Source: Patescibacteria group bacterium | Lineage (GTDB): Bacteria > Patescibacteriota > Patescibacteriia > UBA2196 | DNA length: 64,000 nt | Assembly: GCA_028748975.1 (NCBI GenBank) | Contig: JAQTPI010000005.1 | Location: forward strand, 8,933 to 72,932 | Reading direction: 5' to 3' | Shown: piece after piece, positions 10,162 through 19,861 of the stretch | Layout: the number at the start of each line of letters is the position of its first letter | How positions within the stretch are numbered: position 1 is the stretch's first letter | Made by a program: the position numbers and the translations under genes | The notes under the pieces: model-generated | The model's input: only the letters and a program-made list of their open reading frames with translations | Database searches by the model: none | Told to the model about the DNA's origin: nothing

Positions 10162-10281
10162 GGTCTTTCCTCCAATTTTATTGGTTTTTTACATAGTATA
10201 AGCTCTGGTTAAGCTTATTTAGAATAAATATAGCATGTTTAAAAATTCTTGTCAAGTTCAGAATTTAAAATAATATAAATT

Positions 10282-10737
10282 ATGATTCTCAACATTCTCA
10301 CCCACCCTAATAATACTCTTAGAAAAAAATCGTCAGTTATTTCAGCGGATGAGATTTTGAGTGCGGAATTTCAGAAATTTTTGGATGATTTGGGCGAGAC
10401 CATGGTGGAGTTTGACGGCGCGGGATTGGCCGCGCCGCAGACGGGAAATTTAAAACGCGCGGTGGTAATTCACGCCGAAGACGGTGAAATCAAATTTTAT
10501 GTTAATCCTAAAATTACGTATAAAAGTTTGAGAAGAAGTATTGTGGAAGAGGGCTGTCTTTCGGTACCGGGAGTTTTTGGCGATGTGAAAAGGCCAAAAA
10601 AAATTTGGATTAAATATCAGGACAGAAAAGGAATTGGGCACAAAGAAAGATGTGATTTATATTCCTCGCGCGTGCTCCAGCATGAAATTGACCATTTGGA
10701 TGGCATACTCTTTATTGACAAGATGATAAAAAAATAA
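10282..10737 (+). CDS. def: Peptide deformylase
   Basis: GAGLAAPQ, EGCLS, HEIDH. Confidence 0.96.
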   Translation: MILNILTHPNNTLRKKSSVISADEILSAEFQKFLDDLGETMVEFDGAGLAAPQTGNLKRAVVIHAEDGEIKFYVNPKITYKSLRRSIVEEGCLSVPGVFGDVKRPKKIWIKYQDRKGIGHKERCDLYSSRVLQHEIDHLDGILFIDKMIKK

Positions 10738-10760
10738 AAAACGGCCGAACGGCCGTTTTT
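10736..10760. terminator. Bidirectional terminator
   Basis: AAAAAACGGCCGAACGGCCGTTTTT. Confidence 0.7.
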
Positions 10761-10779
10761 ATTTTAAATTAGATGTTTT

Positions 10780-10853
10780 TGGCAGGGGCGGTAGGAATTG
10801 AACCCACGCTAATGGTTTTGGAGACCATTGTACTACCGTTATACGACGCCCCC
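10780..10853 (-). tRNA. tRNA-Trp(CCA)
   Basis: Cloverleaf; anticodon arm ATGGT-CTCCAAA-ACCAT; encoded CCA. Confidence 0.95.
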
Positions 10854-10998
10854 ATCAGAAATATCCGAGATTAATATAATTCTAATAAATTTTTTAACTT
10901 TTGTCAAAAACGAAAAAGCCCCGATATACATCGGGACTTTTTAGATTCCCGCCTGCGCCTGCCTAGACGGCAAGACTGGCGGGAATGACATAATCAAT

Positions 10999-11319
10999 TT
11001 ATCTGCCACGGCTTTGTTTGTAACAATCAAAACATTTCACGGTGCTTGGGTCTTTCGGATTAAAAGGAAGTTCAGTGACAGCGACGCCGCACATGCTGCA
11101 GGTCCAGTTGCCCTGAATTTTGGGTTTGGGGCCGCGGTCATTGCCGAAACCGCCGCGGTTACCATCTCTTTGCGAACGATTTTTTTTGTAGCAATCGGGG
11201 CAATAAACGGTGCTGCCCGGACGCGGATCAAATTTCAATTGGGTGATAGTGCCACCGCAATCCGCGCAGGTCCAATTACCTTGAACCATGGGACGATCAA
11301 AATCACTTTGATAAGCCAT
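10999..11319 (-). CDS. CxxC-x17-CxxC zinc-ribbon protein (two copies of the domain)
   Basis: CADC...CPDC and CSMC...CFDC. Confidence 0.85.
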   Translation of the reverse strand: MAYQSDFDRPMVQGNWTCADCGGTITQLKFDPRPGSTVYCPDCYKKNRSQRDGNRGGFGNDRGPKPKIQGNWTCSMCGVAVTELPFNPKDPSTVKCFDCYKQSRGR

Positions 11320-11552
11320 ATTTTTTCTTTGTTTGATTTAGGCCCTGCAAAATGACTTGCGGTCGCACTATTTCAAACTTTAATTATATATTATAAATTG
11401 TTTTTTTAAACCTGTCCTGAGGGGTCCGAGTGAAACAAGGGCGACGAAGGACACCTTGCGAACCAGGGTAGATTATATTTTATATATCTTACCTGTTTGC
11501 CACGGGATCCTTCGTCGTCGTTCTTACTCCTCCTCAGGATTGAGTCGCGAAT

Positions 11553-11723
11553 TTACTTTACCTTCGTTTCCTTGTGTTTGGTATGCTTGCGGCAAGTATT
11601 GCAAAATTTATTCAGCTCCAGTTTTTCTTTAAGTATTTTTTTATTTTTAGTGCTGAAATAATTGATATTGCGACAAACCGTGCATTCAAAGCCGATGAGT
11701 TTTTCTTTATATTTGGTAGCCAT
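11553..11723 (-). CDS. rpmG: 50S ribosomal protein L33 (zinc-binding type)
   Basis: Manual translation MATKYKEKLIGFECTVCRNINYFSTKNKKILKEKLELNKFCNTCRKHTKHKETKVK; tRNA-Thr/Tyr/Trp context. Confidence 0.93.
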   Translation of the reverse strand: MATKYKEKLIGFECTVCRNINYFSTKNKKILKEKLELNKFCNTCRKHTKHKETKVK

Positions 11724-11787
11724 AAAAATTCATTTTATCATGTTAACATTTTAACATATTAACATAAATTAATTTATTATACATCTT

Positions 11788-11859
11788 AGCCGACTGTCGG
11801 ATTTGAACCGACAACCTATAGTTTACAAAACTATTGCTCTACCGTTGAGCTAAGTCGGC
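11788..11859 (-). tRNA. tRNA-Thr(TGT)
   Basis: Cloverleaf; ATAGT-TTTGTAA-ACTAT. Confidence 0.95.
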
Positions 11860-11863
11860 AGAA

Positions 11864-11946
11864 TGGGCAGGGTAGGGTTCGAACCTACGTAGCCCGAAGG
11901 CGACAGATTTACAGTCTGTTGCGATTGACCACTCCGCCACCTGCCC
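11864..11946 (-). tRNA. tRNA-Tyr(GTA)
   Basis: Cloverleaf with long variable arm; ACAGA-CTGTAAA-TCTGT. Confidence 0.95.
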
Positions 11947-12064
11947 AAAAAATATGTCATGTCATCCTGACGACCCACGACAGCAGTCGGGGGAGGAAGG
12001 ATCTCGTACGAGATTCCTCGTCGTCCCGAAGCGTCGGGACTCCTCGGAATGACAACTACTAATT

Positions 12065-12967
12065 TTATATCTCTTCAATTCTCTTCTTAAAATCATCCAA
12101 TTTCTGGTTTTCCGGGTTGGCTTCTTTCAGCTGATCAAAGACCTTATAAGCCAGATATTTCTTCTTATTAAGTATACTCTCTTCTAAGAGATAGTCAAGA
12201 TAACGCGGGTCGCTCGGCTTCAAATCAACGGCTTTTTGATACATTTCCAGAGCGTTTTTATGGTCGTCCAATTTTTCCAAAACATAGCCATAATCACAAT
12301 AATATTCCGGGTTGGTGGTGCCGGCAGCAATGATTTTGGCATAAACTTCACGCGCGCCAACCCAATTGTTTTGAGCCATTTCCATTTCGGCGAGACCAGC
12401 TAAAGCGGGATTATTTTGGAGATCCATCTTGAGAATGAAATTATAAACTTCTTTAGCTTGTTCTGGTTTGTCGGTGGCCAGATAAATTTTGGCTAATCCC
12501 AAATAGGCTTCCGCGTTTTTAGCGTCCAGCGAGATTACTTCAATCAAAACATCTTCGGCTTCTTTATATTTTTCTTGATTAAGAAATTCCAAGCCGGCCG
12601 CCAATTTATCTTTAATATGATTTAATAAGTCATTATTAGCCAAACCAATCGCTGATTGGCGCTTGGTTTCTCTTTTGTAGTGCCGTTCCAACTCCATGGC
12701 TTTGTAATAGATTTTTTTAATACGCGCGGATAAAAAAGCTCCCAAGGGGATTAGATAATTTTTGGAAATTTTTTTTGTAGCCATACCGAATTTTCTTTTG
12801 AGCCGTTTTTCCGCCATTTCCGTTTTTACCTCTTTATTTTTCTCTTCAGGTAAAATTTCCAAATCAACCGCGGCCAGTCCGGTGGCATGACGAGCAAAAA
12901 TCAGGCCCAGATAAATCAGGGCGGCAAGGACGACGATGATGAAGATGATGAAGAGGGTTAAAAGCAT
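12065..12967 (-). CDS. Membrane-anchored TPR protein
   Basis: N-terminal TM; repeated AY.GLA.IY / YY..YG.V TPR patterns. Confidence 0.85.
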   Translation of the reverse strand: MLLTLFIIFIIVVLAALIYLGLIFARHATGLAAVDLEILPEEKNKEVKTEMAEKRLKRKFGMATKKISKNYLIPLGAFLSARIKKIYYKAMELERHYKRETKRQSAIGLANNDLLNHIKDKLAAGLEFLNQEKYKEAEDVLIEVISLDAKNAEAYLGLAKIYLATDKPEQAKEVYNFILKMDLQNNPALAGLAEMEMAQNNWVGAREVYAKIIAAGTTNPEYYCDYGYVLEKLDDHKNALEMYQKAVDLKPSDPRYLDYLLEESILNKKKYLAYKVFDQLKEANPENQKLDDFKKRIEEI

Positions 12968-12979
12968 TTTTTTAAAAGA

Positions 12980-13174
12980 ATGTCATTCCGAATCCGCCAG
13001 CAGGCGGTGAGGAATCTCGTTGTTTAATAGAAAAGATATAGGGATATAAAGATATAAAGAAATACACAAACAAAGCCTTTTATATCCTTATTTCCTTATA
13101 TCTTTATTATTTACATTTTCAGCCACGGGATCCTTCACTTCGTCCCGAATACTCGGGACTTCGTTCAGGATGAC
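12980..13174. repeat. Intergenic REP-like palindromic composite
   Basis: GTCATTCCGAA...GAGGAATCT and GGGATCCTTC...TCAGGATGAC halves separated by TATCCTTA-type octamer repeats; similar composites at ~6092-6251, 11411-11542, 22856-23028 and 38702-38901. Confidence 0.85.
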
Positions 13175-13184
13175 ACTCTCCTAC

Positions 13185-14060
13185 TTAGTATCTCCCTGCC
13201 GAGCCGAACATTTTTATTTTTTCTTCAACTATTTTCTCTATGGCGGCGATGGCTGGTGTCAGCACTTGGCGCGGGTCATAGATTAAAGAATTTTCGTTTA
13301 GAATTTCTCTGACCGCGTTGGTGAAGGCTAGGCGCAGTTCGGTATCAATATTAATGATGCGCACGCCAAGTTCAATCGCCGGCTCAATCTGATTTTTTTT
13401 AATGCCCGAAGCGCCATGCAAAACGATCGGAGTGGCTGGCAAATTATTATGAATTTTTTTCAAGCGCAATAAATCCAAATCGGGCACGCCCACGTCGCGA
13501 AATTTTTTAATGCCATGCATGTTGCCGATGGAAACAGCTAAAGTATCAACGCTGGTTTGGGCTACAAAATCAACCGCTTCTTCCGGGTCGGTGAAAAACG
13601 GCGCCATGTCTTCCGGAGTTTGCGCTTTGTCTTCCACACCGCGCAAAATTCCAAGTTCACCCTGCGCCCAAACGCCGTGTTTATGGGCATAATCAACTGC
13701 TTGTTTGGTTAAAAGAACATTTTCCGAAAAAGGCAGCTCGGAAGCGTCAATGTGGATGGAGGAAAAACCAACACTAATACATTCGGCCACGGAACGAAAA
13801 CTTTTACCATGGTCAAGGTGCAGCGCGATGGGTACTTTTACTTTTTCATCTTTGGCCACGGCTTCCACGATTTGAGTAATGGCTTTCAGACCAGCATATT
13901 CAATAGTGGTTTCGGAAACCTGGATAATGGCCGGGGCGCCGAGTTTGCTCGCGGCGCGCACCACACCCAAGGCCGTTTCCAAATTGAAAATATTAAAAGC
14001 ACCGACGGCATAGCCGTCTTTTTGGGCTTTTTTGATTAGATCTTTGATGTGGACTAACAT
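13185..14060 (-). CDS. fba: Class II fructose-bisphosphate aldolase
   Basis: HLDHG, GNMHG, VLHGASG, INIDT. Confidence 0.95.
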   Translation of the reverse strand: MLVHIKDLIKKAQKDGYAVGAFNIFNLETALGVVRAASKLGAPAIIQVSETTIEYAGLKAITQIVEAVAKDEKVKVPIALHLDHGKSFRSVAECISVGFSSIHIDASELPFSENVLLTKQAVDYAHKHGVWAQGELGILRGVEDKAQTPEDMAPFFTDPEEAVDFVAQTSVDTLAVSIGNMHGIKKFRDVGVPDLDLLRLKKIHNNLPATPIVLHGASGIKKNQIEPAIELGVRIINIDTELRLAFTNAVREILNENSLIYDPRQVLTPAIAAIEKIVEEKIKMFGSAGRY

Positions 14061-14578
14061 TTATAGTTGAAATATTTTTTAAATGTTTTAGTTGGTGTTT
14101 GTCCCGTAGTATTGATAAAGTTATCTTTATCAACCATCTCTTTCATTCTTTCAAATTCGTTGCGAACCGCCGATATGCGATTGATTCCGGTTGTCCAACA
14201 TTCACGCTCTCTATCTCTTTTTACCATTGCTTCCGTGGTCGGAAATAAAATTTTAATCTCCAATTTGTCTCCAAATTCTCTTTTAAACATTTCGAAAAAA
14301 TCTAAGTAATTTCCAAAAATAATGTAATCGAGCACAACATCGTTCTCGCCGTTATTAAATATTTTTTTAACTTTAATAAAAATCTTTTGATGTGCCTGCT
14401 TCAACTTTTCAGAATTTTCTGGAAACCATCGACCTCCATTAGGAAAGAATTTGGTATCCAAATTATCACCATCAATCTTGATAAATCCGCATTTTTCAAC
14501 CAATAAATTAGCGATTGTGGTTTTACCAGAACCCCCAGGACCGGTTAAAATCAACACTTTTTTATCTGTTTTTCTCAT
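14054..14578 (-). CDS. P-loop NTPase/kinase (AAA_33-like)
   Basis: GPGGSGKTT; IDGD. Confidence 0.75.
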   Translation of the reverse strand: MRKTDKKVLILTGPGGSGKTTIANLLVEKCGFIKIDGDNLDTKFFPNGGRWFPENSEKLKQAHQKIFIKVKKIFNNGENDVVLDYIIFGNYLDFFEMFKREFGDKLEIKILFPTTEAMVKRDRERECWTTGINRISAVRNEFERMKEMVDKDNFINTTGQTPTKTFKKYFNYKC

Positions 14579-14588
14579 AATTGTTATT

Positions 14589-15362
14589 TTATTCAGTTTC
14601 TACGGCCCGTATTAATGATAGGAACTTTTCCGCTTTCAAACTAGCGCCGCCGACTAAGGCGCCGTCAATTACTCCCGGTTTAATAAAATCCATAACATTG
14701 CTTTCATCCACGCTGCCGCCGTAAATTATGGAAATATTATTTTTTATAATTTCATGGCTGAAAAATTCCGGCAAAAGACCGCGAATTACGGCAGAGGCGT
14801 GCTGAGCTTCTTTTGGTTCGACGGCTTGGCCTGAACCAATCACCCAGACTGGTTCATAGGCGATGATTAAATTTTGATTATTATTTAATTTAACATCTTG
14901 GAGCGCTTTAGTAATTTGCTGAATTAAAATTAGGTCGGTTTTGCCAATCTGCCTTTCTTCAAAAGTTTCGCCAACACAAAGAATCGGCGTTAAATCATTA
15001 GCCAGACAGACTTTTATTTTTTGATTAATTTCTTCATTGGTTTCTTTTTGATACTGGCGCCGTTCCGAATGGCCGATAATAACATAATCTACGCCCAATT
15101 CTTTCAGTTGGCTGGGCGAGGTTTCACCAGTATAGGCGCCTTTTTCATGATAAAAAACATTCTGCGCGCCGAGTTTTATTTCTGATTTTTTAATAGCTTC
15201 CGCCACCGCTGATAGGGCCGCAAAAGACGGGCATAAAATCAGTTCAATGTTTTGCTTTAATGTTTTAATGCTTTCATGTTTTAATGAGTTCGCCAAATCC
15301 GCCGCTTCTTTATTTGTAAGTTGCATCTTCCAGTTGGCGATAATATAGGTTTTTTTACTCAT
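14589..15362 (-). CDS. tpiA: Triosephosphate isomerase
   Basis: NWKM, GHSERR, AYEPVW, YGGSV, LVGGASL. Confidence 0.97.
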   Translation of the reverse strand: MSKKTYIIANWKMQLTNKEAADLANSLKHESIKTLKQNIELILCPSFAALSAVAEAIKKSEIKLGAQNVFYHEKGAYTGETSPSQLKELGVDYVIIGHSERRQYQKETNEEINQKIKVCLANDLTPILCVGETFEERQIGKTDLILIQQITKALQDVKLNNNQNLIIAYEPVWVIGSGQAVEPKEAQHASAVIRGLLPEFFSHEIIKNNISIIYGGSVDESNVMDFIKPGVIDGALVGGASLKAEKFLSLIRAVETE

Positions 15363-15568
15363 AGAATTAATTATATCATGAAAATGTCATCTCGAGCGAT
15401 AGCGAGGGATCTCGTCGTCATCCCTCCTTAAGAAGGAGGGGCGCGGGGAGGTAAATTTGCCGTTAGGCGCATCTGATCAATTTATATTCGCCTATCGGCG
15501 AGTTGACCCCCTCTGCTTCTCCCCCTTCTTAAGGGGGAGATAATCGTTCCGATCGGAACGACAACCGA

Positions 15569-16453
15569 TTATCTGTAATTATTCTCCGTCCACCAATAGA
15601 GCGCTTTGGTGTCCTGAAAACGATTATCATCGCTTTCCGCGCCGAGGATGACGGTAATAATTTTTCTGCCCTTAACTTCACCTAAAGTCGCCAGGCAAAA
15701 CATGGCTTCATCGGTAGAACCAGTTTTTCCAGCCAAGACCTTAAACGAATCATGATCTAGAAGATCGTTGGTGTTTTGGATCTGATAAACACCAGCTTCA
15801 GTCTGGAAGCTATAGTTTTTAGCACTGACAGCCTGATAAATTTTTTCGTTAGTTAGTGCTTTTTGTAAAATTACGGCTACTTCCGCGGCAGTGGAAACAT
15901 TTTTGGGTGAAAGTCCGGCAATGTCTTCAAAATGAGTTTTTTTTAAATTTAGAGCAATGGCTTTTTTATTCATAGCAGAAATGAAAGAGTTTTTATCAAG
16001 GCCGGACAATTTTGGAAATAAATTTACCGCTGGGTTGATGGAGCCGATTAGGGCGATATTAAAAATTTGTTCCGCGGTTAAATTTTCTTCGGCGGAAAAT
16101 TTGTATTCTCTGCCATCGGAATCCTGAAAATAACTTAAGTGGGTTTGGGTTTGCCAATTGGGATTTTGGTCCAAAAAAACCAAAGCGGCCATGAGCTTAC
16201 TAATGCTCGCGATTGGCCGCACAATGTTTTTATTTTTTTCATACAAAATTTCACCGCTGGCTTCGTCAATTGCCAAAGCCGATCCGGCGGAAATATCCAA
16301 ATCCAAAATTTGATTGGTGATTCGCTCTGGTGTTGCTACTTCCCCATTATTATTCACTTGTACGCCCAAAACCGCGCCGTTTTTATCAATCGGCGCGCTG
16401 GATGTGAAAATTTGAGCGATTAAAATTAAAGAAAGTAATAGATTAGCTAGCAT
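15569..16453 (-). CDS. D-alanyl-D-alanine carboxypeptidase (peptidase S11)
   Basis: SxxK (SISK), SxN (SIN), KTG; start reassigned to MLANLL at 16453. Confidence 0.9.
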   Translation of the reverse strand: MLANLLLSLILIAQIFTSSAPIDKNGAVLGVQVNNNGEVATPERITNQILDLDISAGSALAIDEASGEILYEKNKNIVRPIASISKLMAALVFLDQNPNWQTQTHLSYFQDSDGREYKFSAEENLTAEQIFNIALIGSINPAVNLFPKLSGLDKNSFISAMNKKAIALNLKKTHFEDIAGLSPKNVSTAAEVAVILQKALTNEKIYQAVSAKNYSFQTEAGVYQIQNTNDLLDHDSFKVLAGKTGSTDEAMFCLATLGEVKGRKIITVILGAESDDNRFQDTKALYWWTENNYR

Positions 16454-16555
16454 GAAAGGTAATAAGTAATAAGTAACTAGTAATAAGGGCGGCACCGTCA
16501 TCCCCTCCTTTTTAAGGAAGGGTGCGAACGAGAGCGAGCGGGGTGGTTATATAAA

Positions 16556-16957
16556 TTAAATTATTTTATCTAAATCGTTATTCAAAACAATCGGCTTCAT
16601 GGCTTCAATTTCATCAGTATAAAGCATTTGCGGAATTGGATTGAGCAGAAATATTTTTTTGTTTAAAACATGGGCAAAAGCCATTTCAATCAAGGAATTA
16701 CCGCCGATATAATTGGGAATGTTATTTTTTTCTTTATTAATGATGAGGATGGCGTCGGTTTCTTTGATTTCATTAAAATAGTTTCTGAAAACATCCAATT
16801 CCAGTTTTTCCCATTTGTTTTCCGCACCCAGTTCGCCCGAGGCATACTTTTCGGTATTTTTGGGTATGACAACCATGTGGCCAATTTCTTCCAACCGGCT
16901 TTTTATTTGGAGCATATCACTCGCAAATTGTAAACTGCCGCAGATGGTTATTTTCAT
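16556..16957 (-). CDS. Conserved hypothetical protein (nucleoside 2-deoxyribosyltransferase-like fold)
   Basis: MKITICGS...DAILIIN...YIG.NSLIEM..A...KKIFL. Confidence 0.6.
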   Translation of the reverse strand: MKITICGSLQFASDMLQIKSRLEEIGHMVVIPKNTEKYASGELGAENKWEKLELDVFRNYFNEIKETDAILIINKEKNNIPNYIGGNSLIEMAFAHVLNKKIFLLNPIPQMLYTDEIEAMKPIVLNNDLDKII

Positions 16958-16972
16958 AGTTTATATTTATAC

Positions 16973-17001
16973 TTGACAGGATTTTTTTGGCATACTATAA
17001 T
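16973..17001 (+). promoter_or_regulatory. Consensus sigma70 promoter
   Basis: TTGACA-N17-TATAAT. Confidence 0.75.
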
Positions 17002-17046
17002 GAAATTATAATTTACTTAAACCCTTTAACTAAACGAGGAGGCGCC

Positions 17047-17196
17047 ATGAGAAAAGATATGGTGGTGGATGTCACACTTACATGCATTTGTGGACACAAA
17101 TTCACTCGGAAAGTCAAAGCCGGAAAGTGTCGGGACATCAAATGTCCGAAGTGCAAAACGGTATGCCTACACTTCAATCTAATTGGATTGGAATAA
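17047..17196 (+). CDS. Small zinc-ribbon protein
   Basis: AGGAGG SD; CICGH...CPKC; followed by a terminator hairpin. Confidence 0.6.
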   Translation: MRKDMVVDVTLTCICGHKFTRKVKAGKCRDIKCPKCKTVCLHFNLIGLE

Positions 17197-17329
17197 ATTA
17201 AATAATTCCTTCCAGGTCATTTGCAGGCGAAGTAAAATTCGCCTGTTTTTTTATTTTCTAGATCCCAGGTCACCCGCCCGACTGCTTCGCACTCGAAGCG
17301 GGCGGGAGCCCGGGATGACAAATTATTTT

Positions 17330-18553
17330 TTATTTCAATAATTTTATAATCTCTTTATCACTCATCAATTTCACTTCCTTCTCTCCCCTCTTTTTATATT
17401 CAATTTTATCTCCTGTTTTTTCACTGACAACCAAACGATGAGTGATGCCGATTAAATCCGCTTCGGAAAGTTTTTGGCCGGCACTGGCGTCTTCGCGGTC
17501 GTCAAACAAAACATCAATCCCCTCTTTAATTAATTGATTATATAAATTTTCCGCGTCTTTTACATCTTTTTTCAAATTAATTAAATGCGCCTTAAAGGGT
17601 GAAACATTTTCCGGCCAAATTATGCCTTTGTCATCATTAAAGACTTCGGCTAAAGTTCCCATGGCGCGCGAGGGCCCAAGGCCATAGCAACCCATAATTA
17701 TTGGTTGTTCCTGATTTTTTTCATCAACGAATTTAAAATTAAAAGCGTTGGAAAATTTGGTGCCGAGCTTAAAAATGTTACCGACCTCAATGGCTTTTTT
17801 CTCCACCAATTTTTTATTGCCGCATTCAGGGCAAGTTTTTTGTTCATTAATTAATTCTTTATTAACAGCCACGTGGCATTTTTCACAAAGATAAATTGTA
17901 TCTTCGCCGGTGGCACAGAGGGTTTGGTATTCATGAGAATATTTGGAAAAAGTTCCGCCGGAAGCATAGGTTTTGACGGTAATTTTGTCCAAACCCAATC
18001 TTTCCCAAATTTTTTCGTAGGCCTGCTCTACTTTTTCATAATATTGGTCCAAATCTTTTTGGTTGATATGAAAAGAATATAAATCTTTCATGCGAAATTC
18101 ACGGCCGCGCAGAAGCCCGGATTTGGCGCGCGGTTCGTTTCTGAATTTGGTTTGAATCTGATAGACGGCTTTGGGCAGATCTTTATAGGAAAAAATGATT
18201 TTTTGCGCCAAAGGCGTGACAGTTTCTTCGTGGGTTGGGCCCAGGGCCAAATCTTTTTCGCCGGCGCCTTTGAGGCGAAACAAAACATCCATGTCCCAGC
18301 GGCCTGTTTTTTCCCAAATTTCACGCGGCTGAAGCGCTGGCATTAAAATTTCCTGACCGCCGACAGCGTTCATTTCTTCGCGGATGATTTGCTCAATTTT
18401 TTGGAGCACGCGCAGTCCCAGAGGCAGAAACTGATAAACACCGGCCATGAGTTTATCAATATAGCCGGCGCGGACCAGCATTTTGGCGCTGATGGCTTCT
18501 TCGTCTTTGGGAAATTCTTTAAGTGTTCGGTAAAATAGTTGAGATTGTTTCAT
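17330..18553 (-). CDS. proS: Proline--tRNA ligase (short form, no INS editing domain)
   Basis: LGPTHEE, FRNEPRAKSGLLRGREF, MGCYGLG. Confidence 0.95.
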   Translation of the reverse strand: MKQSQLFYRTLKEFPKDEEAISAKMLVRAGYIDKLMAGVYQFLPLGLRVLQKIEQIIREEMNAVGGQEILMPALQPREIWEKTGRWDMDVLFRLKGAGEKDLALGPTHEETVTPLAQKIIFSYKDLPKAVYQIQTKFRNEPRAKSGLLRGREFRMKDLYSFHINQKDLDQYYEKVEQAYEKIWERLGLDKITVKTYASGGTFSKYSHEYQTLCATGEDTIYLCEKCHVAVNKELINEQKTCPECGNKKLVEKKAIEVGNIFKLGTKFSNAFNFKFVDEKNQEQPIIMGCYGLGPSRAMGTLAEVFNDDKGIIWPENVSPFKAHLINLKKDVKDAENLYNQLIKEGIDVLFDDREDASAGQKLSEADLIGITHRLVVSEKTGDKIEYKKRGEKEVKLMSDKEIIKLLK

Positions 18554-18792
18554 ATGATACACGAATGAATATGCGAATTATTTGCCCGCCTCGCGTCGAC
18601 TTGTGTTTGACGCGAGTCGAGGCGGGCGAATTTTTTGCGAATAATAAGCTAATTTGTTAATTATTTAATTACTTTTATTATACTTGAAAGATTAGTGCTT
18701 GACAAGTTTTTGGCGATTTGCTAAGATAAAGATACAAAAATGAAAAAGTTTTTTGAACCGTTCATAAAACATAAATAAACAAGGAGGGTACT

Positions 18793-19098
18793 ATGTTATT
18801 ATTAAAAGGGCACAGAAAAATAAGTTTAAATGGCTGGCGGTTAGAAAGATGGTATCAACTTTCAAGAGTATATACAATCCCTGGAAATATCGACAGCAAT
18901 CCTGGGGGTGAAGAACATGTTGATTCTTTTGGCTATTTTCCTTATGAAAAAACAGCGAGGATTTATTATAAAAAAGAAGGGCTTCGAATAGGGCGTGGTT
19001 ATAGAATAAGTATTATGCCAATTATTGTTTTAACAAAAGACGGAATCTCTGGTTATATCCTGGATACTGGTAATTGTATCAAAATTCATACCCCATAG
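18793..19098 (+). CDS. Hypothetical protein
   Basis: Promoter TTGACA-N17-TAAGAT at 18699-18727; AAGGAGG SD. Confidence 0.6.
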   Translation: MLLLKGHRKISLNGWRLERWYQLSRVYTIPGNIDSNPGGEEHVDSFGYFPYEKTARIYYKKEGLRIGRGYRISIMPIIVLTKDGISGYILDTGNCIKIHTP

Positions 19099-19674
19099 AC
19101 CACCTTGAAGAAGCGGGACCGACAATTCAGTTTGGTTCCGCTGTTTTATTTGAGAAACAAAAATTTGAGAAACAAAAATCAGAATTTTCATTAACTGATT
19201 TTCCACGCGGGAGTCAAAAATAAAAACTCGCCGGACAAATACTTCGGCGAGTTGAAAATTTTTGCGTAGTTGCTTTTGTTTTCTTAATTCTTTTAATAGA
19301 TTTTCAAAAAAACAGTCGGCGGGCAAATAATCTATAAAAAAGAAAGTTTCTTTATCTCCTTTTAACCAGTAGCCGTATAAAACCAGGGCTTTATTAGAAT
19401 AGTAATCTTTTTCAAACAATTTGACCTGGTTTGTATCTGTTGATAGTCTCGCAACACAGAAAATACTTTCAGTGTCTGGTGTGATAGCGGCAAAACCGAC
19501 ACAGCTTGCTAAACTATCTAAATCTTTATAAACATTACCAACTGGCCTGACGAGGATAAAAAGTATTTCATTTTTCTTTTGGGAATGATTTTGGTAGAGG
19601 AAAAAAGCGATTAAGGTAGATGTAACTAAAACAATTATAATCAAAATAATCAAAAAGGTTCGTTTTTTCCGCAC
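19030..19674 (-). CDS. Hypothetical membrane-anchored protein
   Basis: N-terminal TM; AAGGAG SD; promoter at 19718-19745. Confidence 0.55.
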   Translation of the reverse strand: MRKKRTFLIILIIIVLVTSTLIAFFLYQNHSQKKNEILFILVRPVGNVYKDLDSLASCVGFAAITPDTESIFCVARLSTDTNQVKLFEKDYYSNKALVLYGYWLKGDKETFFFIDYLPADCFFENLLKELRKQKQLRKNFQLAEVFVRRVFIFDSRVENQLMKILIFVSQIFVSQIKQRNQTELSVPLLQGGLWGMNFDTITSIQDITRDSVFC

Positions 19675-19861
19675 TTTTTTCTCCTTTTATAAATTAGTAA
19701 ACGATCAATGTAATTTTATTATAGCAAAACATGAAAATAAGTCAAGAATAAACCGATTAATTATATTTATGACCATTTACCCATTCGTACGAATGGGTAA
19801 ATGAGGATAGATTAAATAGATACAAGCCGGGTTATAATTTAATTTATTTAGATTAATATTT

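Noticed and set aside
9683-10201. 172-aa plus-strand ORF and other short antisense ORFs in the track
   Set aside because: Shadows of better-supported genes on the opposite strand.
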